From: an uncultured delta proteobacterium
GTDB taxonomy: Bacteria; Desulfobacterota; Syntrophorhabdia; Syntrophorhabdales; WCHB1-27
Length of the DNA: 64,000 bases
Reading direction: 5' to 3'
Assembly: GCA_963810935.1 (NCBI GenBank)
Contig: CAWEPK010000001.1
Coordinates: 32,001-96,000, forward strand
Below the pieces are notes generated by a model. That model saw only the letters and a program-made list of their open reading frames with translations. It was not told where the DNA came from and did not search any database. How positions within the stretch are numbered: the first letter of the stretch is position 1; each line of letters starts with the position of its first letter. The position numbers were made by a program, and so were the translations under genes. Below are positions 10,528-20,094 of the stretch, piece after piece.

Positions 10528-11772
10528 TCAACTCCTCTGCTGTCCGTCTCCAAAAGCGATGAATTTGGTTACCGTAAGCTCTTCGAGCCCCATGGGGCCG
10601 AAGGCGTGGAGCTTCGTCGTGCTTATGCCCATCTCCGCGCCCAACCCGAGCTGAAACCCATCGTTCAGCCGCGTGGACGCATTCACCAGGACGAGCGAGG
10701 AGTTCACCTCCCTCACGAACCTCCAGGCGTTAGTATAGTCACTCGTGATAATGGCGTCCGTATGGTGAGAGCCGTATCTCCTTATGTGGTCCATCGCCTC
10801 GTCCATGCTTGCGACGACTTTCACCGAGAGGACCAGATCGAGATACTCCTCACTCCAGTCCTGTTCGGTCGCCGTGGCGGCGCCGGGCACGATCTGCCTT
10901 GTCTTCGCGCACCCCTTTACGGTGACGCCCGCGCCTGCGAAAGCGCGCAGCATGACGGGCAGAAAGCGCGGTGCTATGGCCTGGTGCACGAGCAGCGTCT
11001 CCATGGCGTTGCAGGTGGCCGGTTTCTGGACCTTGGCATTTAGGCAGACGGCAACGGCCATATCCGCATCGGCGCTCTCGTCCACGTACGTCGCGCAGAC
11101 ACCCTTGTAGTGCTTGAGGACCGGTACCCGGGAATGCTCGGCGACGCTCCGTATAAGCGCCTCTCCCCCGCGCGGGATAACAAGGTCAATATAATCATCT
11201 AGCTTAAGCAGCTCATAAAGGTAATCCCTGTCGCCCGTCTCGATGAGCTGGGCGACGCCTTCCGGCACGCCGCAGCGCGCGAGCGCCTCCCCGATAAGGG
11301 CGAAGAGCGCCAGATTGGAGTGAATTGCCTCGCTGCCGCCCTTCAGGATCACTGCATTACCGCTCTTGAGGCAGAGGGCGAAGGCATCGACCGTCACATT
11401 CGGCCTGGATTCGTAAATAATGGCGATGACCCCTATCGGTATGCGCATCCTGCCGACGAGCAGGCCGCTCGGCCGCCTCCACGTCCGGACGATTTCCCCG
11501 ACAGGGTCCGTCAGGCCGGCCACGTCCCGCAGGCCGGCCGCCATCTCGTCCACGGTTTTCGCGTCCACCAGGAGTCTCTCTATGAGGCTGGCCGCCAGCC
11601 CTTCGCCTTTTGCCTTCCCGACGTCCTTCGCGTTCTCGGCGATTATGTAATCGCGCCTTGCTATCAGCAGCTCGGCCAGCGTCGAGAGGACGAGGTCTTT
11701 CGTCTCTGTCGAGAGGCGGGCGGCTGCGCCCGCTGCCTCACGGGCCCTTGCAGCCATCTCCACGGCCTTCAT
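10528..11772 (-). CDS. proA: Gamma-glutamyl phosphate reductase
   Basis: IIYESRPNVT, IPRGG, CNAMETLL, NASTR, GISTTKLHAFGPMGL. Confidence 0.96.
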   Translation of the reverse strand: MKAVEMAARAREAAGAAARLSTETKDLVLSTLAELLIARRDYIIAENAKDVGKAKGEGLAASLIERLLVDAKTVDEMAAGLRDVAGLTDPVGEIVRTWRRPSGLLVGRMRIPIGVIAIIYESRPNVTVDAFALCLKSGNAVILKGGSEAIHSNLALFALIGEALARCGVPEGVAQLIETGDRDYLYELLKLDDYIDLVIPRGGEALIRSVAEHSRVPVLKHYKGVCATYVDESADADMAVAVCLNAKVQKPATCNAMETLLVHQAIAPRFLPVMLRAFAGAGVTVKGCAKTRQIVPGAATATEQDWSEEYLDLVLSVKVVASMDEAMDHIRRYGSHHTDAIITSDYTNAWRFVREVNSSLVLVNASTRLNDGFQLGLGAEMGISTTKLHAFGPMGLEELTVTKFIAFGDGQQRS

Positions 11773-12881
11773 AGGATCACCATATTGTCTCTGTGGATCA
11801 CTTCTGCCGTATATTTATAGCCGAGCTTCTTTTCTATCTCAATACTTTTCGACCCCTTTATTCTGTCGATATCGGCTGACGAGTAGTTGGCTATTCCCCT
11901 CGCTATGATGCGGGAATCGCCGTCCATTACCTCAACGCACTCGCCCCTCGAAAACGCGCCTTCAACGACGAGGATGCCCGAAGGCAGGAGACTTTTCCCG
12001 CTCTCGACGAGCGCTTTCTGGGCGCCGCGATCTATGGCAAGCTTCCCCTTCGGCTTGAAGGCGAAGGCTATCCAACACTCTTTTCTGCTCATGCGCTTGG
12101 CTGCGGCGAAGAGGGTGCCAACCTTGTCTCCGGCTACCGCCTTAAGCACCACATCCTTCAGGCTTCCGCTCACGAGTCTCGTGGGGATGCCGTAATCCGC
12201 GGCCTTCTTCGCCGCTTCCAGCTTGCTCTTCATGCCGCCCACGCTCTTTTCGCTGTTCGTCCCCTGCGCGTATGCCTCGACTCGCTCGTCGATGTGCCGG
12301 ACGGTCTTGATGATGCGCGCGTCCGGGTGGTGCTTCGGGTCCTTCTCGTAGAGGCCTTCGACGTCCGAAAGGAGCACGAGCAGGTCGGCGCTCGTGATCT
12401 GGGCGATGAGGGCGGAGAGGTTGTCGTTGTCCCCGAACATTATCTCCTCGAAGGAAAGGGTGTCATTCTCGTTGATTATGGGCACCACTCCCATGTCGAG
12501 GAGCGCATCGATCGTGTTGAGCAGATTGATGCAGCGCTCGTTCGACTGCGTGTCCTCGTGGGTGAGGAGTATCTGGCTGGTGCTGAGACCGGCCTCCGAG
12601 AAGGCGTCCATGTACATCGCCATGAGCGCGACCTGACCGACGGACGCGAGGGCCTGCTTCCTGGCAATCTCCTTAGGCTTCCGTTTCAGGCCCATCGTCT
12701 CCATGCCGCATGCCACCGCCCCGCTGGATACAAGGATAACGTCGACGGAGCGTTCGCGCACGGCCTTTATCTGTCGCGCGAAATCGAGCATCCTCGTGCG
12801 GCTTACCCTCTTTTTTTCGTCGAGCAGGACGGACGTGCCTATTTTAAGGACCATCCTGCGGACATCAGACATGCACTTCAC
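11769..12881 (-). CDS. proB: Glutamate 5-kinase with PUA domain
   Basis: VLKIGTS, VSSGAV, INEND, GDNDNLSA, GGMKSKLEAA, VIHRDN. Confidence 0.96.
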   Translation of the reverse strand: MKCMSDVRRMVLKIGTSVLLDEKKRVSRTRMLDFARQIKAVRERSVDVILVSSGAVACGMETMGLKRKPKEIARKQALASVGQVALMAMYMDAFSEAGLSTSQILLTHEDTQSNERCINLLNTIDALLDMGVVPIINENDTLSFEEIMFGDNDNLSALIAQITSADLLVLLSDVEGLYEKDPKHHPDARIIKTVRHIDERVEAYAQGTNSEKSVGGMKSKLEAAKKAADYGIPTRLVSGSLKDVVLKAVAGDKVGTLFAAAKRMSRKECWIAFAFKPKGKLAIDRGAQKALVESGKSLLPSGILVVEGAFSRGECVEVMDGDSRIIARGIANYSSADIDRIKGSKSIEIEKKLGYKYTAEVIHRDNMVIL

Positions 12882-13839
12882 CTATACGTTCCTTCAGGCC
12901 CGCAATGCCCTCGCCGGTCGCGGCGCTCACCGCGAAGACGGCCTCTCCCGCTGCCTGCAGCGAGGCGAGCCTTCCGGCCAGGGCGTCAGGGCTTATGAGG
13001 TCTATCTTATTCAGCACTATAAATCGCTGTTTTGCGGCTGTCCCTCTGTCGTAAAGGGTAAGCTCGTTCAGAAGCGTCGTATAATCCGCCATTACATCGG
13101 AATCCGCATCAATGACCCAGAGCAGCATGCGCGTCCTCTCGATGTGGCGCAGAAAAGTTAGCCCCAGGCCCTTGCCGCGCGAGGCCCCTTCAATGATGCC
13201 GGGGATGTCCGCCAGGACCAGCCGCTCATCGTTTTCTTCGAAGACGCCCAAGGAGGGAGTCAGCGTCGTGAAAGGGTAATCCCCGACCTCGGGCCTTGCG
13301 CCCGTGAGGCGCGAAAGGAGCGTCGATTTGCCGGCGTTCGGCAGGCCGATTATGCCTATGGCGGCAAGGAGCTTAAGCTCCAGCCTGAGGTTGCGCTCCT
13401 CTCCTTTGTCGCCCGTGTCGAATTTGACGGGCGCGCGGTTGACAGGGCTCGCGAAGCGGGCGTTGCCCCTGCCTCCACGGCCGCCCTTTGCAGCCGCCCA
13501 GGTCTGCCCCTCGCCCGTGATGTCGGCCAGGAGCGCACCCGTCTCGTCGTTTACCTGCGTTCCGAGAGGGACGTATATGGAGAGGTTGGCGCCGTTGCGG
13601 CCGTGCCTGTTATTTGCGCCGCCGCCTTTGCCGCTTTCCGCCCTGTAGTTTCTCTTGTATCTGAAATCGAGAAGACTTATGAGACGAACCGTGCCGACGA
13701 TGAGGACATCGCCCCCTTTTCCGCCGTCGCCCCCGTCAGGACCGCCTCTCGGCACGAATTTCTCTCTTCTGAAACTTACGCTCCCTCGTCCGCCATCCCC
13801 CGCTTTTACGTATAGAGACGCCTCATCGACGAATTTCAT
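12865..13839 (-). CDS. obgE: GTPase ObgE
   Basis: [37 protein letters not shown]. Confidence 0.96.
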   Translation of the reverse strand: MKFVDEASLYVKAGDGGRGSVSFRREKFVPRGGPDGGDGGKGGDVLIVGTVRLISLLDFRYKRNYRAESGKGGGANNRHGRNGANLSIYVPLGTQVNDETGALLADITGEGQTWAAAKGGRGGRGNARFASPVNRAPVKFDTGDKGEERNLRLELKLLAAIGIIGLPNAGKSTLLSRLTGARPEVGDYPFTTLTPSLGVFEENDERLVLADIPGIIEGASRGKGLGLTFLRHIERTRMLLWVIDADSDVMADYTTLLNELTLYDRGTAAKQRFIVLNKIDLISPDALAGRLASLQAAGEAVFAVSAATGEGIAGLKERIGEVHV

Positions 13840-14090
13840 TCAACAGGATAGACGCTCACCTTCTTCTTTTCCCGTGCCGTCTCGAACGTTACGATGCCCT
13901 GCACGAGCGCGAAAAGGGTATTGTCCCTGCCCATACCGACGTTTGTACCCGGATGTATCTTCGTCCCGTGCTGCCGTACTATGATGCTGCCTGCCTTTGC
14001 GAGAGAGCCGCCAAAAACCTTCACGCCCAGCCTCTGGCCGCTTGAGTCCCTACCGTTTCTTGAGCTTCCTCCGGCTTTTTTGTGTGCCAT
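13836..14090 (-). CDS. rpmA: 50S ribosomal protein L27
   Basis: [16 protein letters not shown]. Confidence 0.98.
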   Translation of the reverse strand: MAHKKAGGSSRNGRDSSGQRLGVKVFGGSLAKAGSIIVRQHGTKIHPGTNVGMGRDNTLFALVQGIVTFETAREKKKVSVYPVE

Positions 14091-14091
14091 G

Positions 14092-14409
14092 TTATGCCTC
14101 CACCTCTATCTTTTCTACGAGCAGCTCGGTATACGACTGGCGGTGGCCCTTTTTCTTCTTGGTGTCTTTTCTGCGCTTGTACTTGAAAACCGTGACTTTC
14201 CTGGCCTTGCCCTGAGCCACTATCTTACCGCTAACCGAGGCGCCCTGGATATAAGGGGCGCCGACCAGCAGGCGCTCGCCGTCCTCTATCGCAAGCACCT
14301 GTCCGAGCGAAACCAGGTCATCCGTGTTGCCCGGGAGCTTCTCGAGCCTTACTTTTTGACCCTGCGTTATCCGGTACTGTTTGCCGCCGTTTTCTATAAT
14401 TGCATACAT
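14092..14409 (-). CDS. rplU: 50S ribosomal protein L21
   Basis: [12 protein letters not shown]...KGHRQSYT; start moved to ATG at 14409. Confidence 0.97.
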   Translation of the reverse strand: MYAIIENGGKQYRITQGQKVRLEKLPGNTDDLVSLGQVLAIEDGERLLVGAPYIQGASVSGKIVAQGKARKVTVFKYKRRKDTKKKKGHRQSYTELLVEKIEVEA

Positions 14410-14489
14410 GACGATCTCCCGATTGAAGGAAAAAATTTGAACTAGTATAGTAGCCATTTTTGCCCGGAAAGTCAACAAACTTGTCGTAA

Positions 14490-14604
14490 TGATCGGGGTT
14501 CGCAATCCTTGGGGTTCGGCACTCTCTCCACGGGCATCAGCCCGCCGGGGCACCCGCTTTGCGGGTCGTCCTCGCTCGGCGCTGCGTATCCGCTCGTTTT
14601 ATTA
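14490..14604 (-). repeat. Dispersed palindromic element family A copy (long form)
   Basis: Shares GGGGCACCCGCTTTGCGGGTCGTCC..GCTCGGCGCT with 18150-18254; reverse complement resembles the family A core. Confidence 0.75.
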
Positions 14605-14837
14605 CTGCCAGTGCTGAGCGTCCCCGCTACGCCAAGGGCCTGCTCCCGCCTTTTCCTCATTGCGGCCATGTGCGCATTATGATGTTATACTCAATATTAC
14701 AAAAGTCACCCGTTATAATTAAAGATTTGCCGTCGAACGGGTGAATTCTCCTCGGGGTAGGTGTGCTCCCATAATGGCCAAATACCGGCCTTGTTCCTTA
14801 ATAAAGTCCGTTTCTTAAATATTTTTAAAGAAAGTTC

Positions 14838-14866
14838 TTGACATGATGTATAACAACGTATATTCT
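14838..14866 (+). promoter_or_regulatory. Sigma70-type promoter upstream of the riboswitch
   Basis: TTGACA-17 nt-TATTCT in an AT-rich context. Confidence 0.75.
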
Positions 14867-14884
14867 TTAGTGTCAGACAGCGTT

Positions 14885-14963
14885 ATACTGCTCATGCCAA
14901 ACCATCTGCGAAGGTGGGACGGAAAGCCAAGGGTCTTCTACAAGACAGCCTGGTTGCCAGTTA
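14885..14963 (+). promoter_or_regulatory. c-di-GMP-I (GEMM-I) riboswitch
   Basis: GCCAAACCATCTGCGAAGGTGGGACGGAAAGCCAAGGGTCTTCTACAAGACAGCCTGGTTGCC matches the GEMM-I pattern (AAACC..GG, GACGGAAAGCC, ACAGCC..GTTGCC); lies in the 5' leader just before SD AAGGAGG. Confidence 0.9.
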
Positions 14964-14985
14964 TTAAAAAGAAAGGAGGCATTTT

Positions 14986-15693
14986 ATGCATAAGATGCCG
15001 AAGGCACGAATCTGGATAAGGGCTGTAACAAGATCGGCGCTGATCATGGCCGTGATCTGCTCTTTGTGGCTTGGCGCCGCAGGGGCCGCGCGGGCTGACT
15101 TTACCTTGAAGCTCACCGGGCTGCCGAGCACGACGTACAACGGGACTTATGTAGGTTTCTCCACAGTGACGGTGAACGGGGCGCCTATGAGCCTAATCTG
15201 TGATGACTACACAACAACCGTAAGTCTGAACAGCACCTGGAGCGCGGTGGCTGTCTCAGGTACGCAGGTTGCCTCGATGAAGTTCGCAAACCCCAGCGGG
15301 ACGCCTAAGTGGGGCAACGGCGCGACCACGGCGACGCAGGCGTACCAGGAGGTATTCTGGCTCACCAGCCAGTTGGCCAGTCAGAGCAATTCAAATGTCA
15401 TAGCGGCCATCCAGTATGCCATGTGGACGATTCTCGATCCCGCCACGACGGGCGCTCCGGCACTCGGTGGAAACAGCTCCACAAGTACTTGGCTGACCCT
15501 GGCCGGACAGAGCTCCAACTACGGCAGCGTAAACATGGCGAACTACGAGGTCTATGTACCGGACCCGCTCACTTCCTCACAGGAATTCATCGGCATAAAC
15601 CCGGTCCCTGTCCCTCCGTCGATGATATTGATGGGCACGGGGCTCCTGGGTATTGCCGGCCTGCGGAAGAGGCTCAAATGGCGGCGGGGCTAA
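14986..15693 (+). CDS. Secreted PEP-CTERM/VPLPA-CTERM-type exosortase target protein
   Basis: Signal peptide ending ARA-D, Ser/Thr/Asn-rich body, C-terminal PVPVPPSMILMGTGLLGIAGLRKR. Confidence 0.85.
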   Translation: MHKMPKARIWIRAVTRSALIMAVICSLWLGAAGAARADFTLKLTGLPSTTYNGTYVGFSTVTVNGAPMSLICDDYTTTVSLNSTWSAVAVSGTQVASMKFANPSGTPKWGNGATTATQAYQEVFWLTSQLASQSNSNVIAAIQYAMWTILDPATTGAPALGGNSSTSTWLTLAGQSSNYGSVNMANYEVYVPDPLTSSQEFIGINPVPVPPSMILMGTGLLGIAGLRKRLKWRRG

Positions 15694-15808
15694 GCCGCTG
15701 GAGGCTTGGGGGGTTTTGAAAGTCTCCCGTGTCGGGAAGCAAGCGTAATGCTTCGAAGGCGGCCGTGGAAATGAAGCGAGCCGTCCGGGCCATACGGGGA
15801 GCCACGCC

Positions 15809-16276
15809 ATGAAAGACTCGGTGATATGTTTCAGAATCAACAGCGAGTTAAAGGCTGCGCTTGAAAGGATCTCCACGAGCGAAAGAAGGTCTCTCTCGGG
15901 CGCAATAGAGAAGATACTCTACGATCACATCGAAGAGGCGGGGAAAATGGCCGCCTGGGACGAAAAACGGCAGCACGCCCGGCGGTCCGTCTCAGTACCC
16001 GCCCTCGTGCAGACGGCAGGCGGCGCTTTCGCCGGAACCGTCCGCGACATCTCTTTGGGGGGTATAGGGATCTCGGCGGGGCCGGGCTTCAAGCGTCCCC
16101 TGCACGAGAAATCAAAGATGTCCGTCGTATTCACACTGCCTGAAACGAGCAGCCCGCTGCTCATACAGTGCGAGCCGCGCCATTTCAGCGGCGATAAGAA
16201 GCCGTTTATAGGCGCGTCGTTTGCCCAAGGCGGCCACCAGGGTTATGCGGCGCTGGAAACTTACCTCATGCAATGA
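15809..16276 (+). CDS. Ribbon-helix-helix + PilZ domain protein
   Basis: N-terminal VICFRINSELKAALERIS..ERRSLSGAIEKIL (RHH-like); PilZ motifs RQHAR (RxxxR) and DISLGG. Confidence 0.8.
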   Translation: MKDSVICFRINSELKAALERISTSERRSLSGAIEKILYDHIEEAGKMAAWDEKRQHARRSVSVPALVQTAGGAFAGTVRDISLGGIGISAGPGFKRPLHEKSKMSVVFTLPETSSPLLIQCEPRHFSGDKKPFIGASFAQGGHQGYAALETYLMQ

Positions 16277-16832
16277 GGTCGTCGCCTTCCGCAGTGTTTA
16301 GCATGGGGAGCCGGACTACCCGCTTTATAGGGCTGCAATGCTCTATCTTTGTGAACATCTTTTTGGCGACACCGCAAACCGGGCACTTGTCGGGCGGCTC
16401 GCCTTCCACCGTATTGCCGCAGTTCTGGCAGACGTAATAATCGGTCTGCCCGTTCTTGCCCAGCTCTTCTAACGCCTTTTTATAAAGGGCCGCGTGGATT
16501 TTCTCGACATCGTTTGCGTAAGTGAATGTCCTCTCTGCGCCCTTGTTGCCCTCGGCTTTAGCATCATCGATCATGCCCGGATACATTTTCTGGAACTCGA
16601 AGACTTCGCCGGCTACGGCCTCCTCGAGGTTCTCCTTTGTTGTCTTGATGCCGCCCATCTCCCGCAGGTGGTTGTGCGCGTGCACGGTTTCGGCCTCGGC
16701 GGCCGCCCTGAACAGTTTTGCGACCTGCGGGTAGCCCTCCTGGTCTGCCTTTTTTGCAAAGGCCAGGTATTTCCTGTTCGCCTGTGATTCGCCGGCAAAC
16801 GCTTCCTTGAGATTGTCCGCGCTCTTCGCCAT
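16266..16832 (-). CDS. rbr: Rubrerythrin
   Basis: NLKEAFAGESQA, AETVHA, EKIHA, CQNCG...CPVCG; start at ATG 16832 after GGAGGG. Confidence 0.93.
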   Translation of the reverse strand: MAKSADNLKEAFAGESQANRKYLAFAKKADQEGYPQVAKLFRAAAEAETVHAHNHLREMGGIKTTKENLEEAVAGEVFEFQKMYPGMIDDAKAEGNKGAERTFTYANDVEKIHAALYKKALEELGKNGQTDYYVCQNCGNTVEGEPPDKCPVCGVAKKMFTKIEHCSPIKRVVRLPMLNTAEGDDLIA

Positions 16833-16849
16833 GTCTCCCTCCGTTATGC

Positions 16850-18064
16850 TTAGAATTTTGAGTTGTATTCCTTCACTTTTTGGGCGAACCCATACCCGAA
16901 GTCGTAGCAGCGCTGCTCGTCTTCGGGGCCTGGCCGGTAGGTCACCTCGACCCCCGGCTCGTAAACTTCGAGCCCCATCTGCTTGAGGGTTGCGTAAACC
17001 TCTTTTACCGCGCCGCCCCCCCACCCGAAGCTGCCGAAAGCGCCGGTTATCCTGTTTTTCGGCCTCAGTCCCCTTATGTAGGTGAGGAACTGGGCGATGG
17101 TGGGGAAGGGGATGTTGTTGAGCGTCGGGCAGCCGATGAGCGTGCCCCGCGCCCTCCAGAATTCCTTGGTCGCGACGCTTATGGGCGAGGCCCTCAGCTT
17201 TATGACCCTGCACTCGCACCCGGCCTCTTCAACGCCCCTTGCTATGAACTGGGTCATCTGCTCCGTGCTGTGCCACATCGTATCGTACACGATTGCCACG
17301 CTCGGCACGGCCTTGCCCCGCGCCATGTCGAGGTACATCTGGAGTATGCGGCCGGGGTCCCGCCTCCATATAATGCCGTGGTCGGGCGCTATAACTTCTA
17401 TCTCCAGCCCCAGGGCCTGCACCTCGCCGATCTTCTTCTCGATGAGGGGACCGAAGGGCATCAATATATTCGCGTAATAATCGAGCACCGCGTCATCGAG
17501 CTCCGCTATCGACTCGCAGGCAATATAGTCGTCGTCGAAGCGGGCCGAAGAGGCGATATGCTGGCCGAATGCATCCTGGCTGAAGAGCAGCTTATCTTCC
17601 GGCACGTACGAGACCATCGAATCGGGCCAGTGGAGCATGGGCGTTTCCAGGAAAAGGATGGTCTTCTTTCCGATCTTCAGCTTGTCGCCGGTCTTCACCG
17701 TCTTGATGCGCCACGCGGACAGGTCGAAGAAGCGCGCGAGCCCTTTTTGAGCCCTCTCGGTCATGTAGATATCGGCCGAAGGTGCAAGCCGCATTACTTT
17801 ATCGAGGCTCGTACTGTGGTCGTTCTCGATGTGGTTGATGATAACGTGCTTGATCGCGCCGGGGTCTGTAATCTCCCTGATGTTTTTGATCGTCATGTCG
17901 GCGAAGTCATACTTGACCGTATCGACCAGCGTTGGCTCGTCGTCCATGATCAGGTAGTTGTTGTACGACGTGCCCCTCGGCGTCTCGTACCCGTGGAAGT
18001 CCCTTATGGCCCAGTCTACGGCCCCGACCCAGTAAATCCCGTTCCTTACCTCGACAGCCTTCAT
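16850..18064 (-). CDS. fprA: Flavodiiron protein (FprA/type A flavoprotein)
   Basis: GTSYN, NHIENDH, LHWPDS, DAFGQH, APDHG, flavodoxin GSFGWGG. Confidence 0.93.
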   Translation of the reverse strand: MKAVEVRNGIYWVGAVDWAIRDFHGYETPRGTSYNNYLIMDDEPTLVDTVKYDFADMTIKNIREITDPGAIKHVIINHIENDHSTSLDKVMRLAPSADIYMTERAQKGLARFFDLSAWRIKTVKTGDKLKIGKKTILFLETPMLHWPDSMVSYVPEDKLLFSQDAFGQHIASSARFDDDYIACESIAELDDAVLDYYANILMPFGPLIEKKIGEVQALGLEIEVIAPDHGIIWRRDPGRILQMYLDMARGKAVPSVAIVYDTMWHSTEQMTQFIARGVEEAGCECRVIKLRASPISVATKEFWRARGTLIGCPTLNNIPFPTIAQFLTYIRGLRPKNRITGAFGSFGWGGGAVKEVYATLKQMGLEVYEPGVEVTYRPGPEDEQRCYDFGYGFAQKVKEYNSKF

Positions 18065-18149
18065 AACCTTATAGTCTCCTCATGCAGGTTCTTTGGTCTC
18101 CACGCTTTTTGCATCAGACTGTCCCGCCGTAGCTTTGGCACACTTTGAA

Positions 18150-18254
18150 ACCCCAATCATTGGGCTTCAGCAGCCCCTCCACGAGCAAAGCCCGTCGGGG
18201 CACCCGCTTTTGCGGGTCGTCCCTGCTCGGCGCTCACATACGTTCGCTTTATTG
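18150..18254 (-). repeat. Dispersed palindromic element family A copy (long form)
   Basis: Reverse complement contains GGGTGCCCCGACGGGCTTTGCTCGTGGAGGGG, matching the family A core. Confidence 0.8.
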
Positions 18255-18563
18255 CTGCCGTATCACATCCGCGAGCCAGCGCCCGTACGCGCCAAGCACG
18301 TTCGTTGCCTCGACTGCCTCGATCTGCGGCACCTCATACGGATGGAGAGCCTTTATCTCGCTCTCCACGGCAGCGTACAACTCGCGCCGCGTCTTCATGA
18401 TGCCCATCCACTCGTCCGCCTCTTCGATGCGCCCCTTCCACCAGTAAACGCTCCTCACCGGCCCCACTATCTGGATGCAGGCCACGAGCCGCTTCTCAAG
18501 AAGAACGCGGCCGATATGCTCCAGCGTCTCCCGGTTGTCGAGAGTGGTGATGACGTTTATCAT
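18249..18563 (-). CDS. cutA: Divalent-cation tolerance protein CutA
   Basis: RLVACIQI, SVYWWKGRIEE, LHPYEVPQI. Confidence 0.93.
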   Translation of the reverse strand: MINVITTLDNRETLEHIGRVLLEKRLVACIQIVGPVRSVYWWKGRIEEADEWMGIMKTRRELYAAVESEIKALHPYEVPQIEAVEATNVLGAYGRWLADVIRQQ

Positions 18564-18586
18564 AACATCCGTTGTTACATTGTAAT

Positions 18587-18628
18587 CCCTCCCCTATAGC
18601 CCATGCAAGCATGGGCTATAGGGGAGGG
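18587..18628. repeat. Perfect 20-bp inverted repeat
   Basis: CCCTCCCCTATAGCCCATGC-AA-GCATGGGCTATAGGGGAGGG. Confidence 0.9.
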
Positions 18629-18781
18629 GGGCCGGATCTTTTCGCGCCTTTCGCGTCGTTTCCTCGGGCGCGAGTCCTCACGTACAGAAAACGTACGCTG
18701 CGGCTCGCTTCGTCGAAAAGCAACGCGAAATCCATCGAAAACCTCCAGCCTGGGTTGGCTGCGCAAAAACCTCCGGCCCGG
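18621..18781. repeat. Dispersed long-hairpin element family B copy
   Basis: Near-identical to 44201-44333 (TTCGCGTCGTTTCCTCGGGCGCGAGTCCTCAC..TAC...GTA.GCT.CGGCTCGCTTCGTCG). Confidence 0.88.
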
Positions 18782-18978
18782 TTGCCTGTAGTTGTTTATA
18801 ATTGTACTTTATCTATGTTTACGCGTTGTAACGTCTGTAAATCGAGGTACATATATGACGTTGTAGGTGGCCCCCTCTCCCACCATACCCGTCGGTCAAA
18901 GTATTCGAGCGTCTGTACACCGGTACCCTTACCCCAACCCGTAAGATAAAATTGAATAGAAGGCGCTCGGTTCATCAG

Positions 18979-19221
18979 TTAGCATCCTCTAATCGGCTTG
19001 CCGAATCGGGGGCAGTAGCGGACCGCGATCACGAAAACAGGGCTGAACGATCCATCGGGCCGCTTGTCGTGTCCCTGAAGGAAGGGGACGGCCGTAAGGG
19101 CTTTGCAGGACTCGCATGTTTTTATATCGGTGCTCGGGATTTGCGTCGTTGCAGTGTTCGTTATAAGACGCAGGTGGGGTAGCTTATTACGGGTGAGTCC
19201 TTTGGTCGTACCGTGCTGCAT
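18979..19221 (-). CDS. Small hypothetical protein (CxxC...CP) in lower-GC islet
   Basis: GGAGGG SD before the ATG; 80 aa; no recognised family. Confidence 0.4.
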   Translation of the reverse strand: MQHGTTKGLTRNKLPHLRLITNTATTQIPSTDIKTCESCKALTAVPFLQGHDKRPDGSFSPVFVIAVRYCPRFGKPIRGC

Positions 19222-19344
19222 TGTGCCCTCCGTTTAAGAACTCTATCGGGATTGAGGAAAAGCCCCTCGCTTGTGATTGAGAAGAGCATAGTCGTAAAAA
19301 CGAGATTTGTAGATTGAGTTATAAAGGGTAGTTTAAACGTCTAT

Positions 19345-19374
19345 TTGACGTATAAGATTTGTCTTATACGTCAA
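19345..19374. promoter_or_regulatory. Perfect 13-bp palindrome (operator or recombination-site candidate)
   Basis: TTGACGTATAAGA-TTTG-TCTTATACGTCAA. Confidence 0.6.
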
Positions 19375-19425
19375 GTCGGAGAAGTGCCTGACCTGAAAAA
19401 TATGAGATGGCCGTGGGAGTTACTC

Positions 19426-20094
19426 TCAATCCTTATCATCTTTGTGCTTGCGCGAGCGCTCCATGGGCGAAATACTTACCACGGGTCTTTCCAGACGCAG
19501 TTTTTGTGGATGGAGAATCATGTCTTCCACGATTGCAATAATCTTCACGGCTTGGCCATATGCCTTCTGCACGCGTTTGTAGGGCGGCCATAACTCAGGG
19601 TTATAAGCTGGATTTTTTTCTTGCCCCCGCTTGTAGTTTTTACCACTCTTTTGACGCGCTATTTCGAGAAAGGATAAGTTGGAAAGATGATGCAAATCCC
19701 AGATTTGCCATTTATCGTAAGTTGTACCTCTCAGCCTTGTTGATCTAGTATGAGGTTTATGCCGCTCCAGTATATCCGTAAAGGCTTTCTTTAGGGTCTC
19801 CTCGTCTTCGGTCAAGTCTACTCGCAGATCAAGGTATCGCTCATCTTGAGGTTTAGCAAAATCTTCCTCTGCTATTTCCTTTATAGGGAAGAGCCCGATT
19901 TTGATCTTATCAAAAAGCCATTCCAGGTCCTCATCGATGGGCAAATATGGCCCGAAAAGACATGAAAGCCCGTATTTTTCGTGGAGCGTTCTAGTATCGA
20001 CTATCCCCTTATCCCTGTTCGAAAAGTCCTTCACATATGTTTGGGAGCGCGATAAAGCCATAAATCGGTCTCGCCTGTTTATTTTCATTTCCAC
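19426..20094 (-). CDS. Hypothetical protein, possible C-terminal HTH, mobile-element-like
   Basis: 222-aa ORF in AT-rich islet; WQIWDLHHLSNLSFLEIARQ looks HTH-like. Confidence 0.6.
   Translation of the reverse strand: MEMKINRRDRFMALSRSQTYVKDFSNRDKGIVDTRTLHEKYGLSCLFGPYLPIDEDLEWLFDKIKIGLFPIKEIAEEDFAKPQDERYLDLRVDLTEDEETLKKAFTDILERHKPHTRSTRLRGTTYDKWQIWDLHHLSNLSFLEIARQKSGKNYKRGQEKNPAYNPELWPPYKRVQKAYGQAVKIIAIVEDMILHPQKLRLERPVVSISPMERSRKHKDDKD

Noticed and set aside
14472..14744. Short ORFs upstream of rplU
   Set aside because: Mostly translations of a family A repeat; no family evidence
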